This document shows, in pieces, positions 1 through 7,703 of a DNA stretch of 26,593 nt (positions are counted from its first letter, which is position 1; each line of letters begins with the position of its first letter). The DNA is from a virus (taxonomy: Duplodnaviria; Caudoviricetes). Position numbers and translations under genes: made by a program. The stretch is taken from positions 1 through 26,593 of the IMG/VR virus record IMGVR_UViG_3300030372_000761; one strand, written 5' to 3'. The notes below the pieces were generated by a model. That model was not told the DNA's origin. It was given only the letters and a program-made list of their open reading frames with translations, and did no database searches.

Positions 1-248
1 ATCCCTCTTTCAGCAGGGGTTAACATTCCTTTTTTATCTACAGCAGGTACTACTTCATCATAAATCTTGATCTCATCTTCTGTGAATTGTCTTATATTAC
101 GAAAGTTTGGAAACATTTGATTAAGCTGTTTTCTTCTTTCTTCACAGCCACAGTCATCTCCTAACACCGCCTTAGCTACTTTATCTATTCCTGTAGCCTT
201 TGTAATCTTTGCTATGGTATCACCAAGTCCTTTGTTTTTCTCTTTCAT
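1..248 (-). CDS. Conserved phage hypothetical protein with GLGDT...DCGC motif (runs off the window start)
   Basis: Hand translation from ATG at 248: MKEKNKGLGDTIAKITKATGIDKVAKAVLGDDCGCEERRKQLNQMFP..., open to position 1. Not in the ORF track because it is truncated. Confidence 0.8.
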   Translation of the reverse strand, partial: MKEKNKGLGDTIAKITKATGIDKVAKAVLGDDCGCEERRKQLNQMFPNFRNIRQFTEDEIKIYDEVVPAVDKKGMLTPAERG

Positions 249-393
249 TTTCTAAATATTTTATGTGCTTAATAAGATGTTTAATATAGTATTTATCTTT
301 TTCTAATAAGTTCATTCTAACATTTTCAAAATACTCTATAGCATTATAAGTTTCTATACAATTTTCTATTATTTCAAGTTTTTTCTTGTTCAT
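220..393 (-). CDS. Small hypothetical protein (57 aa)
   Basis: Hand translation MNKKKLEIIENCIETYNAIEYFENVRMNLLEKDKYYIKHLIKHIKYLENEREKQRTW*. It fills the gap between the sigma gene and the next gene. Confidence 0.6.
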   Translation of the reverse strand: MNKKKLEIIENCIETYNAIEYFENVRMNLLEKDKYYIKHLIKHIKYLENEREKQRTW

Positions 394-910
394 TTTTTAA
401 ATAGTTTTTTACAATTCTTACTGATTTCCCTAAAGTATTTCTATTAATCTTTGTAGCCATCTGCATAGTAGTTAAACTAAATCCATTCAGATAATATATT
501 TTAAATATTTGCACATCAAACCAATTTAGGTTTTTACATTTATCATCTATCCATTTAAGCCTTTTCTCCATTGTCTTTAATTCTTCCCAACTACTTGACT
601 CATTTACAACCCCTTTATTAAATATATAATTTTCTTTATACTGTTTCCTTAGCTTATAATGTCTTTTGTATTTAGTGTAAAAAGGAGAGGTTGAAGAATG
701 GTACTGATTAATCATAATTCTTACGATATAATACAGTAACTCTTCCCTCTTTATTAAACCATAAATCAACCCCTCTTTTTTACTATACAGCTCTAACAAT
801 ACTTCGTGCAACAAATCTTCATAGTCAGGATATTTGTTAGAGGTTAGCTTTCTACTAATCTCTGTTAGTTTGGTATACTTTTTGCTTATATATATATTTA
901 ACTTTAACAC
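374..910 (-). CDS. Phage-encoded ECF/sigma70-like RNA polymerase sigma factor
   Basis: 178 aa. Region-2-like DYEDLLHEVLLELY and C-terminal region-4-like HTH (LNWFDVQIFKIYYLNGFSLTTMQMATKINRNTLGKSVRIVKNYLK). Confidence 0.7.
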   Translation of the reverse strand: MLKLNIYISKKYTKLTEISRKLTSNKYPDYEDLLHEVLLELYSKKEGLIYGLIKREELLYYIVRIMINQYHSSTSPFYTKYKRHYKLRKQYKENYIFNKGVVNESSSWEELKTMEKRLKWIDDKCKNLNWFDVQIFKIYYLNGFSLTTMQMATKINRNTLGKSVRIVKNYLKNEQEKT

Positions 911-1182
911 AGTTTAGGTACACCAAGCTCTAATAATTGTTCATACTCCCACAATCCAAGTCTACTCCCCTCTATTTCTACATTCGTATCATACTTAGAG
1001 CATAACTCTTTTACTTTTTTATATATATACTTATCATAATCTACTCCCTCAAAATCTGTTTCTAAATCTCTAAGTATAAATGTTTCTCCTTTTTTACCAT
1101 CATCAACAAAGAACACAAAACAATGTGTAAATATTTTATGGCTAGGAGTTCTAATATTTTTATAAAATCTAAATGGTCTCAT
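904..1182 (-). CDS. Hypothetical protein (92 aa)
   Basis: ORF track; overlaps both neighbours in an operon-like arrangement. Confidence 0.65.
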   Translation of the reverse strand: MRPFRFYKNIRTPSHKIFTHCFVFFVDDGKKGETFILRDLETDFEGVDYDKYIYKKVKELCSKYDTNVEIEGSRLGLWEYEQLLELGVPKLC

Positions 1183-1519
1183 TTTTATATGCGTTTATTA
1201 TTTCTATAAATTGTTCTAATGATCTACAAACTATCGCTTTGTAGTTTCTTGCATTTAATTTAGCTATCCATTCTTTCTGCTCTTTTGTGGGTTTATTATA
1301 TCCTACTTTAAGCTCTATCATTAATCCATTGTATTTATCATTGTTAGATGGCTCAAAAATAAGAATGTCAGGTATTCCTTTTGAATAATGTTTAGATAAC
1401 ATTCTTTTTTGTTTCCAATTAGACTTACCTAAAAACACTCCCCCAAGCGTACAAGTAAATAACATTCCTGTATATTCTAAGTATGTAACTATACTATTTT
1501 GTAATTCTACTTCTTTCAT
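1169..1519 (-). CDS. VRR-NUC domain PD-(D/E)xK nuclease (putative Holliday junction resolvase)
   Basis: E..LQ..I, GIPDILI, IELKVG..KPTKEQKEWI, and YKAIVCRSLE motifs typical of VRR-NUC. Confidence 0.85.
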   Translation of the reverse strand: MKEVELQNSIVTYLEYTGMLFTCTLGGVFLGKSNWKQKRMLSKHYSKGIPDILIFEPSNNDKYNGLMIELKVGYNKPTKEQKEWIAKLNARNYKAIVCRSLEQFIEIINAYKNETI

Positions 1520-1659
1520 TTTCTTTGGTCAATAATTATTGTTAATTGAACTAATAATAAATAAATGTGAAACTCAAAATATGGGCGAACTTTATCAGGC
1601 TCAAAATGTCTTACGCCTATCATCAGTCCGTTCCATATTAAGGTTATTATTACATTCAT
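1516..1659 (-). CDS. Small hydrophobic hypothetical protein (47 aa)
   Basis: Hand translation MNVIITLIWNGLMIGVRHFEPDKVRPYFEFHIYLLLVQLTIIIDQRK*. ATGA start/stop overlaps at both ends (1656-1659 and 1516-1519). Confidence 0.7.
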   Translation of the reverse strand: MNVIITLIWNGLMIGVRHFEPDKVRPYFEFHIYLLLVQLTIIIDQRK

Positions 1660-2447
1660 CTTTTAATCCACTTTATTTTACCATCATAGCTATTTACTTT
1701 CTTTTCATATCCTAAGCTCTCTAAATGTTTATAATAGCTTCTAAGGGCTGTATGGTCTTGCTCTAACCTTTTAGCAAAGTGAACATCATAATAATCAGGA
1801 TATTTAGGCTCTGATGATTTATTACCTTTATCAAACTTTGCATTGCTCCTTACCCACCTTTTGTATCGTAAAGATGTGTTCCAAGTTTTTTGTAATTCCC
1901 ATCTCATTTTTCCATTACTATTTTCTTCTGTCCAATAGTCTAAGAAATCCTCTATAAAATCTCTAGGCTGTAATTCTTTAATATCATTTAAAAATTTATC
2001 CTTTGGGGATATACTATTATTATTCTTTATTATTATTTCTTTATTCTTATTAATAGTTCGTAAGTTTTTTAAAGTCTTGTTATTAAAATTTTCACATTCT
2101 AGTATTGAAGTTTTTTTAATACTAGAGTTTAAGTTTTTTAATATCTGAGATTCATCTATTTGGAAATATAGTTTAGCTGGTACACCCTTTCTTTTTACCT
2201 TTATAATACCCCATTTTGTAAGCGTATTAATCGCTTGTTTTATCTGATAATAAGAAAGAGTGGTAACACAGCTTATGTTTTCTGTAGTACAAAAGAACAT
2301 TCCATTAACTAATTGTCCTTGTTCTTTAAAGTAATTCTGTTGCTGATATAAGTGAGAGAGAACAACATTAGCATCTATTCCAAAGGCAACTAAAAGAGAT
2401 TTATTTAAGATAAGAAACGGAGTAGATGCTAATATTGATTTTTTCAT
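1656..2447 (-). CDS. Replication initiator / replisome organizer (winged-helix N-terminus)
   Basis: N-terminal wHTH pattern (FFCTTENI...LSYYQIKQAINTLTKWGIIKVKRKGVPAKLYF), an NKNKE-type linker, a C-terminal DFLDYWTE...MRWELQKTW domain, and internal DNA repeats. Confidence 0.75.
   Translation of the reverse strand: MKKSILASTPFLILNKSLLVAFGIDANVVLSHLYQQQNYFKEQGQLVNGMFFCTTENISCVTTLSYYQIKQAINTLTKWGIIKVKRKGVPAKLYFQIDESQILKNLNSSIKKTSILECENFNNKTLKNLRTINKNKEIIIKNNNSISPKDKFLNDIKELQPRDFIEDFLDYWTEENSNGKMRWELQKTWNTSLRYKRWVRSNAKFDKGNKSSEPKYPDYYDVHFAKRLEQDHTALRSYYKHLESLGYEKKVNSYDGKIKWIKR
2054..2145. repeat. Four degenerate 23-bp tandem repeats (putative iterons of the replication origin)
   Basis: Units start at 2054, 2077, 2100 and 2123: tagttcgtaagttttttaaagtc / ttgttattaaaattttcacattc / tagtattgaagtttttttaatac / tagagtttaagttttttaatatc. 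An adjacent AT-rich tract lies at about 2015-2053. Confidence 0.65.
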
Positions 2448-2452
2448 TGTGT

Positions 2453-2521
2453 TAAATATATAATATATTTTATATAATTATTAAGCATATTATATATTAG
2501 TTATTAACATAGTATTGTTAA
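2453..2521 (-). promoter_or_regulatory. Putative early promoter (TATATTTA, -7-like) with upstream palindrome TTAACA-N6-TGTTAA
   Basis: -7-like element at 2453-2460 and palindrome at 2504-2521. Same geometry as 4701-4769. Confidence 0.55.
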
Positions 2522-2898
2522 AAAGGAACTTCAACAGGTTTCTTTTTGTTTAAAACCCATTCTTCAAACTCCTCTGCTGTACCAATAACTTGTGCTGTTG
2601 TGCAACTTGATCCTGAATGAAAGTCTACCGCTGCTTTTAACATACTCTGTCTAATGATATACTTTTGTCTATCATCATTATTAGTATAGTTAGTAGTAAA
2701 ACCTCCACCATCAGGAATAATTTTTATAGAGCCTTTTTCATTCTTAGAGTAGTTGTATTCTTTACCTACTTCTAATCTATGATTATCACTCTTTTTAAAG
2801 ATAGTTCCCATAGTACCATCTTCAAACTCTAGGTCAAACTTATAAAAGTCTTTCCAAGTTCCATTAGCTTGAATGTTAGTCAATTTTGATTTTGTCAT
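2518..2898 (-). CDS. Putative single-stranded DNA-binding / OB-fold protein
   Basis: Beta-rich N-terminus, GGG linker and SSB-like C-terminal tip (EVPF). Lies next to the replication initiator. Confidence 0.4.
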   Translation of the reverse strand: MTKSKLTNIQANGTWKDFYKFDLEFEDGTMGTIFKKSDNHRLEVGKEYNYSKNEKGSIKIIPDGGGFTTNYTNNDDRQKYIIRQSMLKAAVDFHSGSSCTTAQVIGTAEEFEEWVLNKKKPVEVPF

Positions 2899-2903
2899 TT
2901 TAT

Positions 2904-3128
2904 TTAGTATTTAATTAATAATTCGTTAATATCCACATTTAGTATATTACATAATTCTAACAATTCCGAAACTTTAAAAGTTCCAGGATTCTCAATTTTA
3001 TTTAATATACTTGGATAGGACAGTTCCATTCTATCAGCAAGTTCTACCTTTCTGATTTTATTTCTAATCATTAGCCTATAGATAGATTCTCTTATATCTT
3101 GACTTGTACTTAATACTTTATATTTCAT
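2904..3128 (-). CDS. Cro/CI (XRE)-type HTH transcriptional regulator
   Basis: KIRKVELADRMELSYPSILNKIENPGTFKVSELLELCNILNV is a typical XRE HTH. Confidence 0.8.
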   Translation of the reverse strand: MKYKVLSTSQDIRESIYRLMIRNKIRKVELADRMELSYPSILNKIENPGTFKVSELLELCNILNVDINELLIKY

Positions 3129-3336
3129 TGTCTTTCTTATTTATTAATATTGTAATCATATCGTAATACTTATTATACATTTTATTAAATGTAACTTTTA
3201 CAGCAGGTCGCATAACATATCCTGTAAATTGATCGTAATTATTTTTATATAGAGTTTCGTGTTCATCTCCATATATTCTTTTACATTCTTCTAAAGCTAA
3301 ATGTTCAGCTAATTCTTTTAAATTTATATTTACCAT
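3118..3336 (-). CDS. Hypothetical protein (72 aa)
   Basis: ORF track; preceded by an AT-rich intergenic region with TATATTTA. Confidence 0.65.
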   Translation of the reverse strand: MVNINLKELAEHLALEECKRIYGDEHETLYKNNYDQFTGYVMRPAVKVTFNKMYNKYYDMITILINKKDNEI

Positions 3337-3385
3337 AATATTCTTTTTATAAATATATATATTATTTTATAAAACTGTTTATTTT

Positions 3386-3625
3386 TTAACAATTAAAGTT
3401 AGCATAATCTACAGCATCTTGTATTAAATAATATCTTTTAAACCTTTTCTTTTGTCCATACAAATTAACCCTCTTTTCCCATTTATCAAGTATGGTATAA
3501 CCATCTTCTTTAAGGTTTCTAACAACGCCCTGTAGATCAATTATAAATAACTTAGTAACACACTCTAAAGAAGTAATACTCTCATTCTCCTTTAGGTATT
3601 TTAATAATGTTTCTTTTTGTGTCAT
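3386..3625 (-). CDS. Winged helix-turn-helix protein (HTH_39-like)
   Basis: TQKETLLKYLKENESITSLECV...LQGVVRNLKEDGYTI...FKRYYL pattern. Confidence 0.7.
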   Translation of the reverse strand: MTQKETLLKYLKENESITSLECVTKLFIIDLQGVVRNLKEDGYTILDKWEKRVNLYGQKKRFKRYYLIQDAVDYANFNC

Positions 3626-3626
3626 T

Positions 3627-4004
3627 TTATAATTTTCTAGTTAATAATTCATTTATTTGTGCCTCATAGTAATAAAGTTCTTCTTCTGCATATTGACTTG
3701 CTAATAAACTTGCTAATAGTTCAGAATTTAAATCACAAGTTTTATATCCAAGATCGTTTGCTATATTAAGGCTTTCGGTTAAAGATGGATCGTTTTCCTG
3801 TAAATATTTTGTTGCTTTATGATAATATATTATATCAATATCAAAAGCACCATCTTGTCTAAGTATATCTGCTAAATCATCAAAATCTTCCATATCATCT
3901 AAATCATCTTCTGTTAAGTGATCCATAATATTAAACTCTAAGTCTGCTGATATTCTGTCAAAATATTCTATAATGTCTTGTTTATTTCTCATTTTTATTT
4001 TCAT
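3627..4004 (-). CDS. Acidic hypothetical early protein (125 aa)
   Basis: ORF track; strongly D/E-rich, with IIYYHKATKYL motif. Confidence 0.7.
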   Translation of the reverse strand: MKIKMRNKQDIIEYFDRISADLEFNIMDHLTEDDLDDMEDFDDLADILRQDGAFDIDIIYYHKATKYLQENDPSLTESLNIANDLGYKTCDLNSELLASLLASQYAEEELYYYEAQINELLTRKL

Positions 4005-4191
4005 TTAATTTATTAATATAATCGTTTAATTTTTCTTTCATATAAGGTATATCTAATGTTTGTAATAATTGATAGGTACAAACTTCTATTACTATTTCAT
4101 TACCACTAGCATCAATACCACCTATATATGTTATTTGCCCATCACAGCTAAATGTATGTAGTTCTGCTGTTTCTATATACTTTACTCCCAT
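3982..4191 (-). CDS. Hypothetical protein (69 aa)
   Basis: ORF track; start overlaps the upstream stop by 1 nt. Confidence 0.65.
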   Translation of the reverse strand: MGVKYIETAELHTFSCDGQITYIGGIDASGNEIVIEVCTYQLLQTLDIPYMKEKLNDYINKLNENKNEK

Positions 4192-4655
4192 TACTCTTTA
4201 GATTTTAAATAATCCTCGTATTCTCGCATAACTTCTTCGTGATCTATGTCCTCTCCATAAGCTCCTTGTATAATATCTTCCATAAAAGATGATCCTATTA
4301 TTTTGATTTCGTTATGTGGCTTTAAACTTACCACAGCTAACATATCATCAAGTTGTTTTTTAGTACCTGTAAATACAGAGCTTTGGTATCTACTACTTGG
4401 TAAATCTGTAAAGTTCTCTCCTGTAATATGATGTCTTGCAACCTCTAAGAAAGTTCCATTATAATCAATATAATCTATTCTCCACTTAGCTCTTATAGTA
4501 TCGTAAAACTCAGGGTTACTTAGTTCTTCTGAACGTGCTGACTTTCTTCTGTATTCTTCCATATACCTATCAAACTCACTTATACTATCTCTTTCCTTTT
4601 GTAAGTCTTTTAATTTATTTATAGAATCATTTAACATTTTATTTATATTTTTCAT
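4191..4655 (-). CDS. Hypothetical early protein (154 aa)
   Basis: ORF track; first gene after the putative host-type promoter. Confidence 0.7.
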   Translation of the reverse strand: MKNINKMLNDSINKLKDLQKERDSISEFDRYMEEYRRKSARSEELSNPEFYDTIRAKWRIDYIDYNGTFLEVARHHITGENFTDLPSSRYQSSVFTGTKKQLDDMLAVVSLKPHNEIKIIGSSFMEDIIQGAYGEDIDHEEVMREYEDYLKSKE

Positions 4656-4700
4656 CTCAATTAGTTTAAATTATTACAATACTTCGTGTATTGCTTTACA

Positions 4701-4770
4701 CAAATATATAAAACTTTCTTTATAATTTAATAAAATATTTAATAAAGTTTATTAACAAGAAATTGTTAAT
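4701..4770 (-). promoter_or_regulatory. Putative Bacteroidota primary-sigma promoter (-7 TATATTTG) with upstream palindrome ATTAACAA-GAAA-TTGTTAAT
   Basis: 4701-4708 reads TATATTTG on the minus strand (matches TAnnTTTG). The palindrome is at 4751-4770. No clear -33 TTTG. Confidence 0.6.
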
Positions 4771-4771
4771 A

Positions 4772-5500
4772 TCATAATTCCATAGGACAAATAACAGGTA
4801 GCCTACCTGAATCTAAAATGACAGCACAACCTAATACAGGTTTAGCGGTATGGAACTTAGCGTAAGAATATGCGAATGATTTATAGTCTATACCACAAGG
4901 AACTTGAACGCCATATTTTAAATCATTGAGGGAAGCTGTGTATATTGCAAAAGCCTCAGTATGTATATGCCCCTGTACCATAGACATCCCCCAATTTTGA
5001 ACACGCCTCATAATAGCCTTTCCACTACAACCTGTTCCGTGTACATATAATACATTATCGTGTACAAACTTTTCCTCAAAATTCCAACCAGGACAACCTA
5101 AAACATCATTAAAATCTCTTATCCATCTTTTATCTATACCCCCCTCCTCACATTTCCTATGTACAATTAAATCGTGATTCCCTATAGTGACATCTACATT
5201 TTTAAATGCCCTATTCCAATCTTTCATTTGTTCTATACACATATCTAACTCATACTTAGCTCCGTGTGTTTCAGTATTTGTAGAATGAAAGCTACCAAAA
5301 TGGGAATCTATAATATCTCCTGTTGCCGAAAAAGCGGTACAATTATACAGCTCTGCTATACGCTGACAGTGTTCTAAATATTTTGGATGTGTATAGGGTA
5401 GATGGATGTCTCCAATTACCAACCGATTTACTTTAGGCTTTCTTATATCCTTTAATATAGTAATTTCGTTAGGTTTTAATCTGTACCTATTGTTTCTCAA
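4772..5500 (-). CDS. Calcineurin-like metallophosphoesterase
   Basis: All five metal-binding motifs are present: GDIHLP, GDIID, GNHD, VHG, GHIH. Confidence 0.9.
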   Translation of the reverse strand: MRNNRYRLKPNEITILKDIRKPKVNRLVIGDIHLPYTHPKYLEHCQRIAELYNCTAFSATGDIIDSHFGSFHSTNTETHGAKYELDMCIEQMKDWNRAFKNVDVTIGNHDLIVHRKCEEGGIDKRWIRDFNDVLGCPGWNFEEKFVHDNVLYVHGTGCSGKAIMRRVQNWGMSMVQGHIHTEAFAIYTASLNDLKYGVQVPCGIDYKSFAYSYAKFHTAKPVLGCAVILDSGRLPVICPMEL

Positions 5501-5503
5501 ATT

Positions 5504-5896
5504 TTATTTTTTAAGTTTCTCAACCGATCTTCCACCGAAGTATGCCCCAATAACAGTAATCAGGGTAGTGGTTAATAGGCTTACAAATTCTGGTTTAACA
5601 TTGAAGTCAATACTACCACTATCTATGAATACAAGTAGCATTGTACATACTATTAAAAATATTAACACTATTGGCCGTACATTTTTCGACAAGGTCGAGT
5701 CCGAATTCATATCTGCTTTCCACCTTTCACTAACATTCTTCTCTACCTCTACCTGATGATTTACCATTAATTCTTTAATCTTTCTTTTAGCCTCTAATTT
5801 TTCCTCTTTAGATGTGCTTAGATTGTCTAATACACCCCCTACAGATTCTACTAGCTTATCTGCTCCACCCCCAAAAATTGTTTGTAGTATTTTCAT
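5504..5896 (-). CDS. Holin (GTA-type 3TM holin-like)
   Basis: RWKADMNSD..LSKNVRP, two hydrophobic segments, and AYFGGRSVEK tail. Lies directly after the endolysin. Confidence 0.8.
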   Translation of the reverse strand: MKILQTIFGGGADKLVESVGGVLDNLSTSKEEKLEAKRKIKELMVNHQVEVEKNVSERWKADMNSDSTLSKNVRPIVLIFLIVCTMLLVFIDSGSIDFNVKPEFVSLLTTTLITVIGAYFGGRSVEKLKK

Positions 5897-6360
5897 AATC
5901 CTCTTTCTATTGTATGGTATTTATATTTTGTTCTTCCGTTTTCTTTATACGCTTCAAGTAAACTCTTTCTATTGTGTTCGTGGTTATAGCTAATATGAAT
6001 CCAACTAAACTCAAACTCATTTATCATTTGGTCGAAAGGCAAACCTAACTCTATAACCTTATCCCAAATAGCCTTATTATCCATTACTCCATCTACTCTA
6101 AATTGTAAATCCGCTGCCTGTCCTTTACAATGTTGGCTTCGTTTAGAGCCTTTTATGAGCTTATTTAGGCTTTCTGAACGATAACCACTTGTGATTCTAA
6201 TTGGTTTATTTAAACCCTCTCTAAGTGGCTGTAGAACAAACTTAACTAATAGTTGTATATTTCGTATGTGTTCAGCGTTTGGGGAATTGTCTATATCATT
6301 TCTAATTGCTGTTACACTTTTAGTAAATTCTTGTAGTGTAAAGTTCTTTGATAAAATCAT
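5893..6360 (-). CDS. Endolysin, peptidase M15 family (Zn-dependent)
   Basis: LSKNFTLQEF, ITSGYRS, SQHCKGQAAD and WIHIS Zn-ligand motifs. Confidence 0.9.
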   Translation of the reverse strand: MILSKNFTLQEFTKSVTAIRNDIDNSPNAEHIRNIQLLVKFVLQPLREGLNKPIRITSGYRSESLNKLIKGSKRSQHCKGQAADLQFRVDGVMDNKAIWDKVIELGLPFDQMINEFEFSWIHISYNHEHNRKSLLEAYKENGRTKYKYHTIERGL

Positions 6361-6737
6361 TATCTAAATTTAGAGATTATAATGCTGTCTATTACAGCTT
6401 GAATTTCTTGTTTATCAACATCTATTTTGAACATAAGATTACCTTTAAAACGTTTTATTTCTTCGGTCTTGTTGAAAACTATTATCGTGGGTAATACTTT
6501 AATCTTGTAAGATTCTGCTAAGTCAGGATTGTCCTCTATACATACTCTGTACTTCCTACAGTCTTTAAGGCTGCTTAAGAAATAGCATTTGTTACTGTCG
6601 TTCCAATCAGCCCAAAACTCAACTACTATAGGCTCTGTGGACATTTGAGCCTCCTTGAGTTCAGCTTTGTCAATAAGCGATTGGCTAAAACATTGATAAG
6701 GTACTACCCACAATAATATGTAAAAAAGGTATCTCAT
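6360..6737 (-). CDS. Exported thioredoxin-fold protein lacking CXXC
   Basis: Signal peptide ending CFS|Q; VVEFWADWNDSN in place of VDFWAxWCxxC; conserved cis-Pro region KIKVLPTIIVF. Confidence 0.75.
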   Translation of the reverse strand: MRYLFYILLWVVPYQCFSQSLIDKAELKEAQMSTEPIVVEFWADWNDSNKCYFLSSLKDCRKYRVCIEDNPDLAESYKIKVLPTIIVFNKTEEIKRFKGNLMFKIDVDKQEIQAVIDSIIISKFR

Positions 6738-7024
6738 TTAAGCTCATATACTCTCTCCTCTATCTTCTCAACCTGCGTTTCTATTTTATCTAATTTCTCT
6801 GCATTTCCCATCACAGTAGTCGATATTAGCTCCAATTTCAAGTCTAATTCCTGTCTTGTTATTTCAGGATCAGGGATTTCTACTTTAGGTAGTTCCTTTG
6901 CTGCTTCTATTTCCATACTGAGTGAGTAATACATACCAATAAAACTTGATGCTAAAACCACAATTCCAACAATAGATTTTATGGAGAGTAAAAACTTGCT
7001 ATCCTCTGAGATCTCTTTCGCCAT
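6734..7024 (-). CDS. Membrane-anchored coiled-coil protein (96 aa)
   Basis: One TM helix (SIVGIVVLASSFIGMYYSL), a Pro-rich linker and a C-terminal heptad coiled coil. Confidence 0.7.
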   Translation of the reverse strand: MAKEISEDSKFLLSIKSIVGIVVLASSFIGMYYSLSMEIEAAKELPKVEIPDPEITRQELDLKLELISTTVMGNAEKLDKIETQVEKIEERVYELK

Positions 7025-7027
7025 AGT

Positions 7028-7213
7028 TTAACACTTTTTACAGTTATTGTCAGCAATACCTTGTCCAATAATTAGTGCTACTGTAGTGATTACTAAAGTA
7101 TTCATTTTAGTATCGCTAATTCCAAAACTGTCAGAAAATAATATTAACATAACAGTTACAAAACCATACCAAAATTTTCTTGATTTAATAAATTTTAAGA
7201 TTAATTCTTTCAT
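7028..7213 (-). CDS. Small two-TM holin-like membrane protein (61 aa)
   Basis: KSRKFW motif followed by two hydrophobic helices and ..IIGQGIAD. Confidence 0.55.
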   Translation of the reverse strand: MKELILKFIKSRKFWYGFVTVMLILFSDSFGISDTKMNTLVITTVALIIGQGIADNNCKKC

Positions 7214-7216
7214 TTT

Positions 7217-7702
7217 TTATTTTATTTTAAAGTTAATTTTTCCATTCTCTATATATACATTTTCTCTTTTGTATATCTCCTTTCCATTTAAATTATATAT
7301 TTTATTTTCGTTTTTCGTTTTTTGCAGTAGCTCTAAAATACCTGTATTTCCACAAGGTAATCCTGTAGCACAATCAATATATTCAGTAATATATAAAGTG
7401 TCTATAATAGGGATTTCTATATATACAGTATCGCAAGGCACATAGTCATATACAGCACAATCTTCTAAAGTTGTAGGTACTGCATCTGCCTCATCTGATC
7501 CATCTACACAGTCTAACCAACCATCGTTAAGATAATAGAGATTATTATAGCCATTAGGTACACAACCATTAGGAGAATACTGTGTCCAATTAGCTTCATC
7601 ATTACCACAATAGAATCCGTTTTGCTCAACGCATAATTCACAATTCGTTTGACTAAATCCATAACTACATATAAATACAAATAACAAAAATAATTTTCTC
7701 AT
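7217..7702 (-). CDS. Exported Cys-rich protein with LDL-receptor class A-like motif and T9SS-like C-terminal tail
   Basis: Signal peptide ending GFS|Q; FYC...GCVP...LNDGWLDCVDGSDE; C-terminus KIYNLNGKEIYKRENVYIENGKINFKIK. Confidence 0.65.
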   Translation of the reverse strand: MRKLFLLFVFICSYGFSQTNCELCVEQNGFYCGNDEANWTQYSPNGCVPNGYNNLYYLNDGWLDCVDGSDEADAVPTTLEDCAVYDYVPCDTVYIEIPIIDTLYITEYIDCATGLPCGNTGILELLQKTKNENKIYNLNGKEIYKRENVYIENGKINFKIK

Positions 7703-7703
7703 A

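Noticed and set aside
2054-2145. Tandem repeats considered as a mini-CRISPR array
   Set aside because: The units are contiguous and degenerate with no spacers, and lie inside a coding gene; an iteron interpretation fits better.
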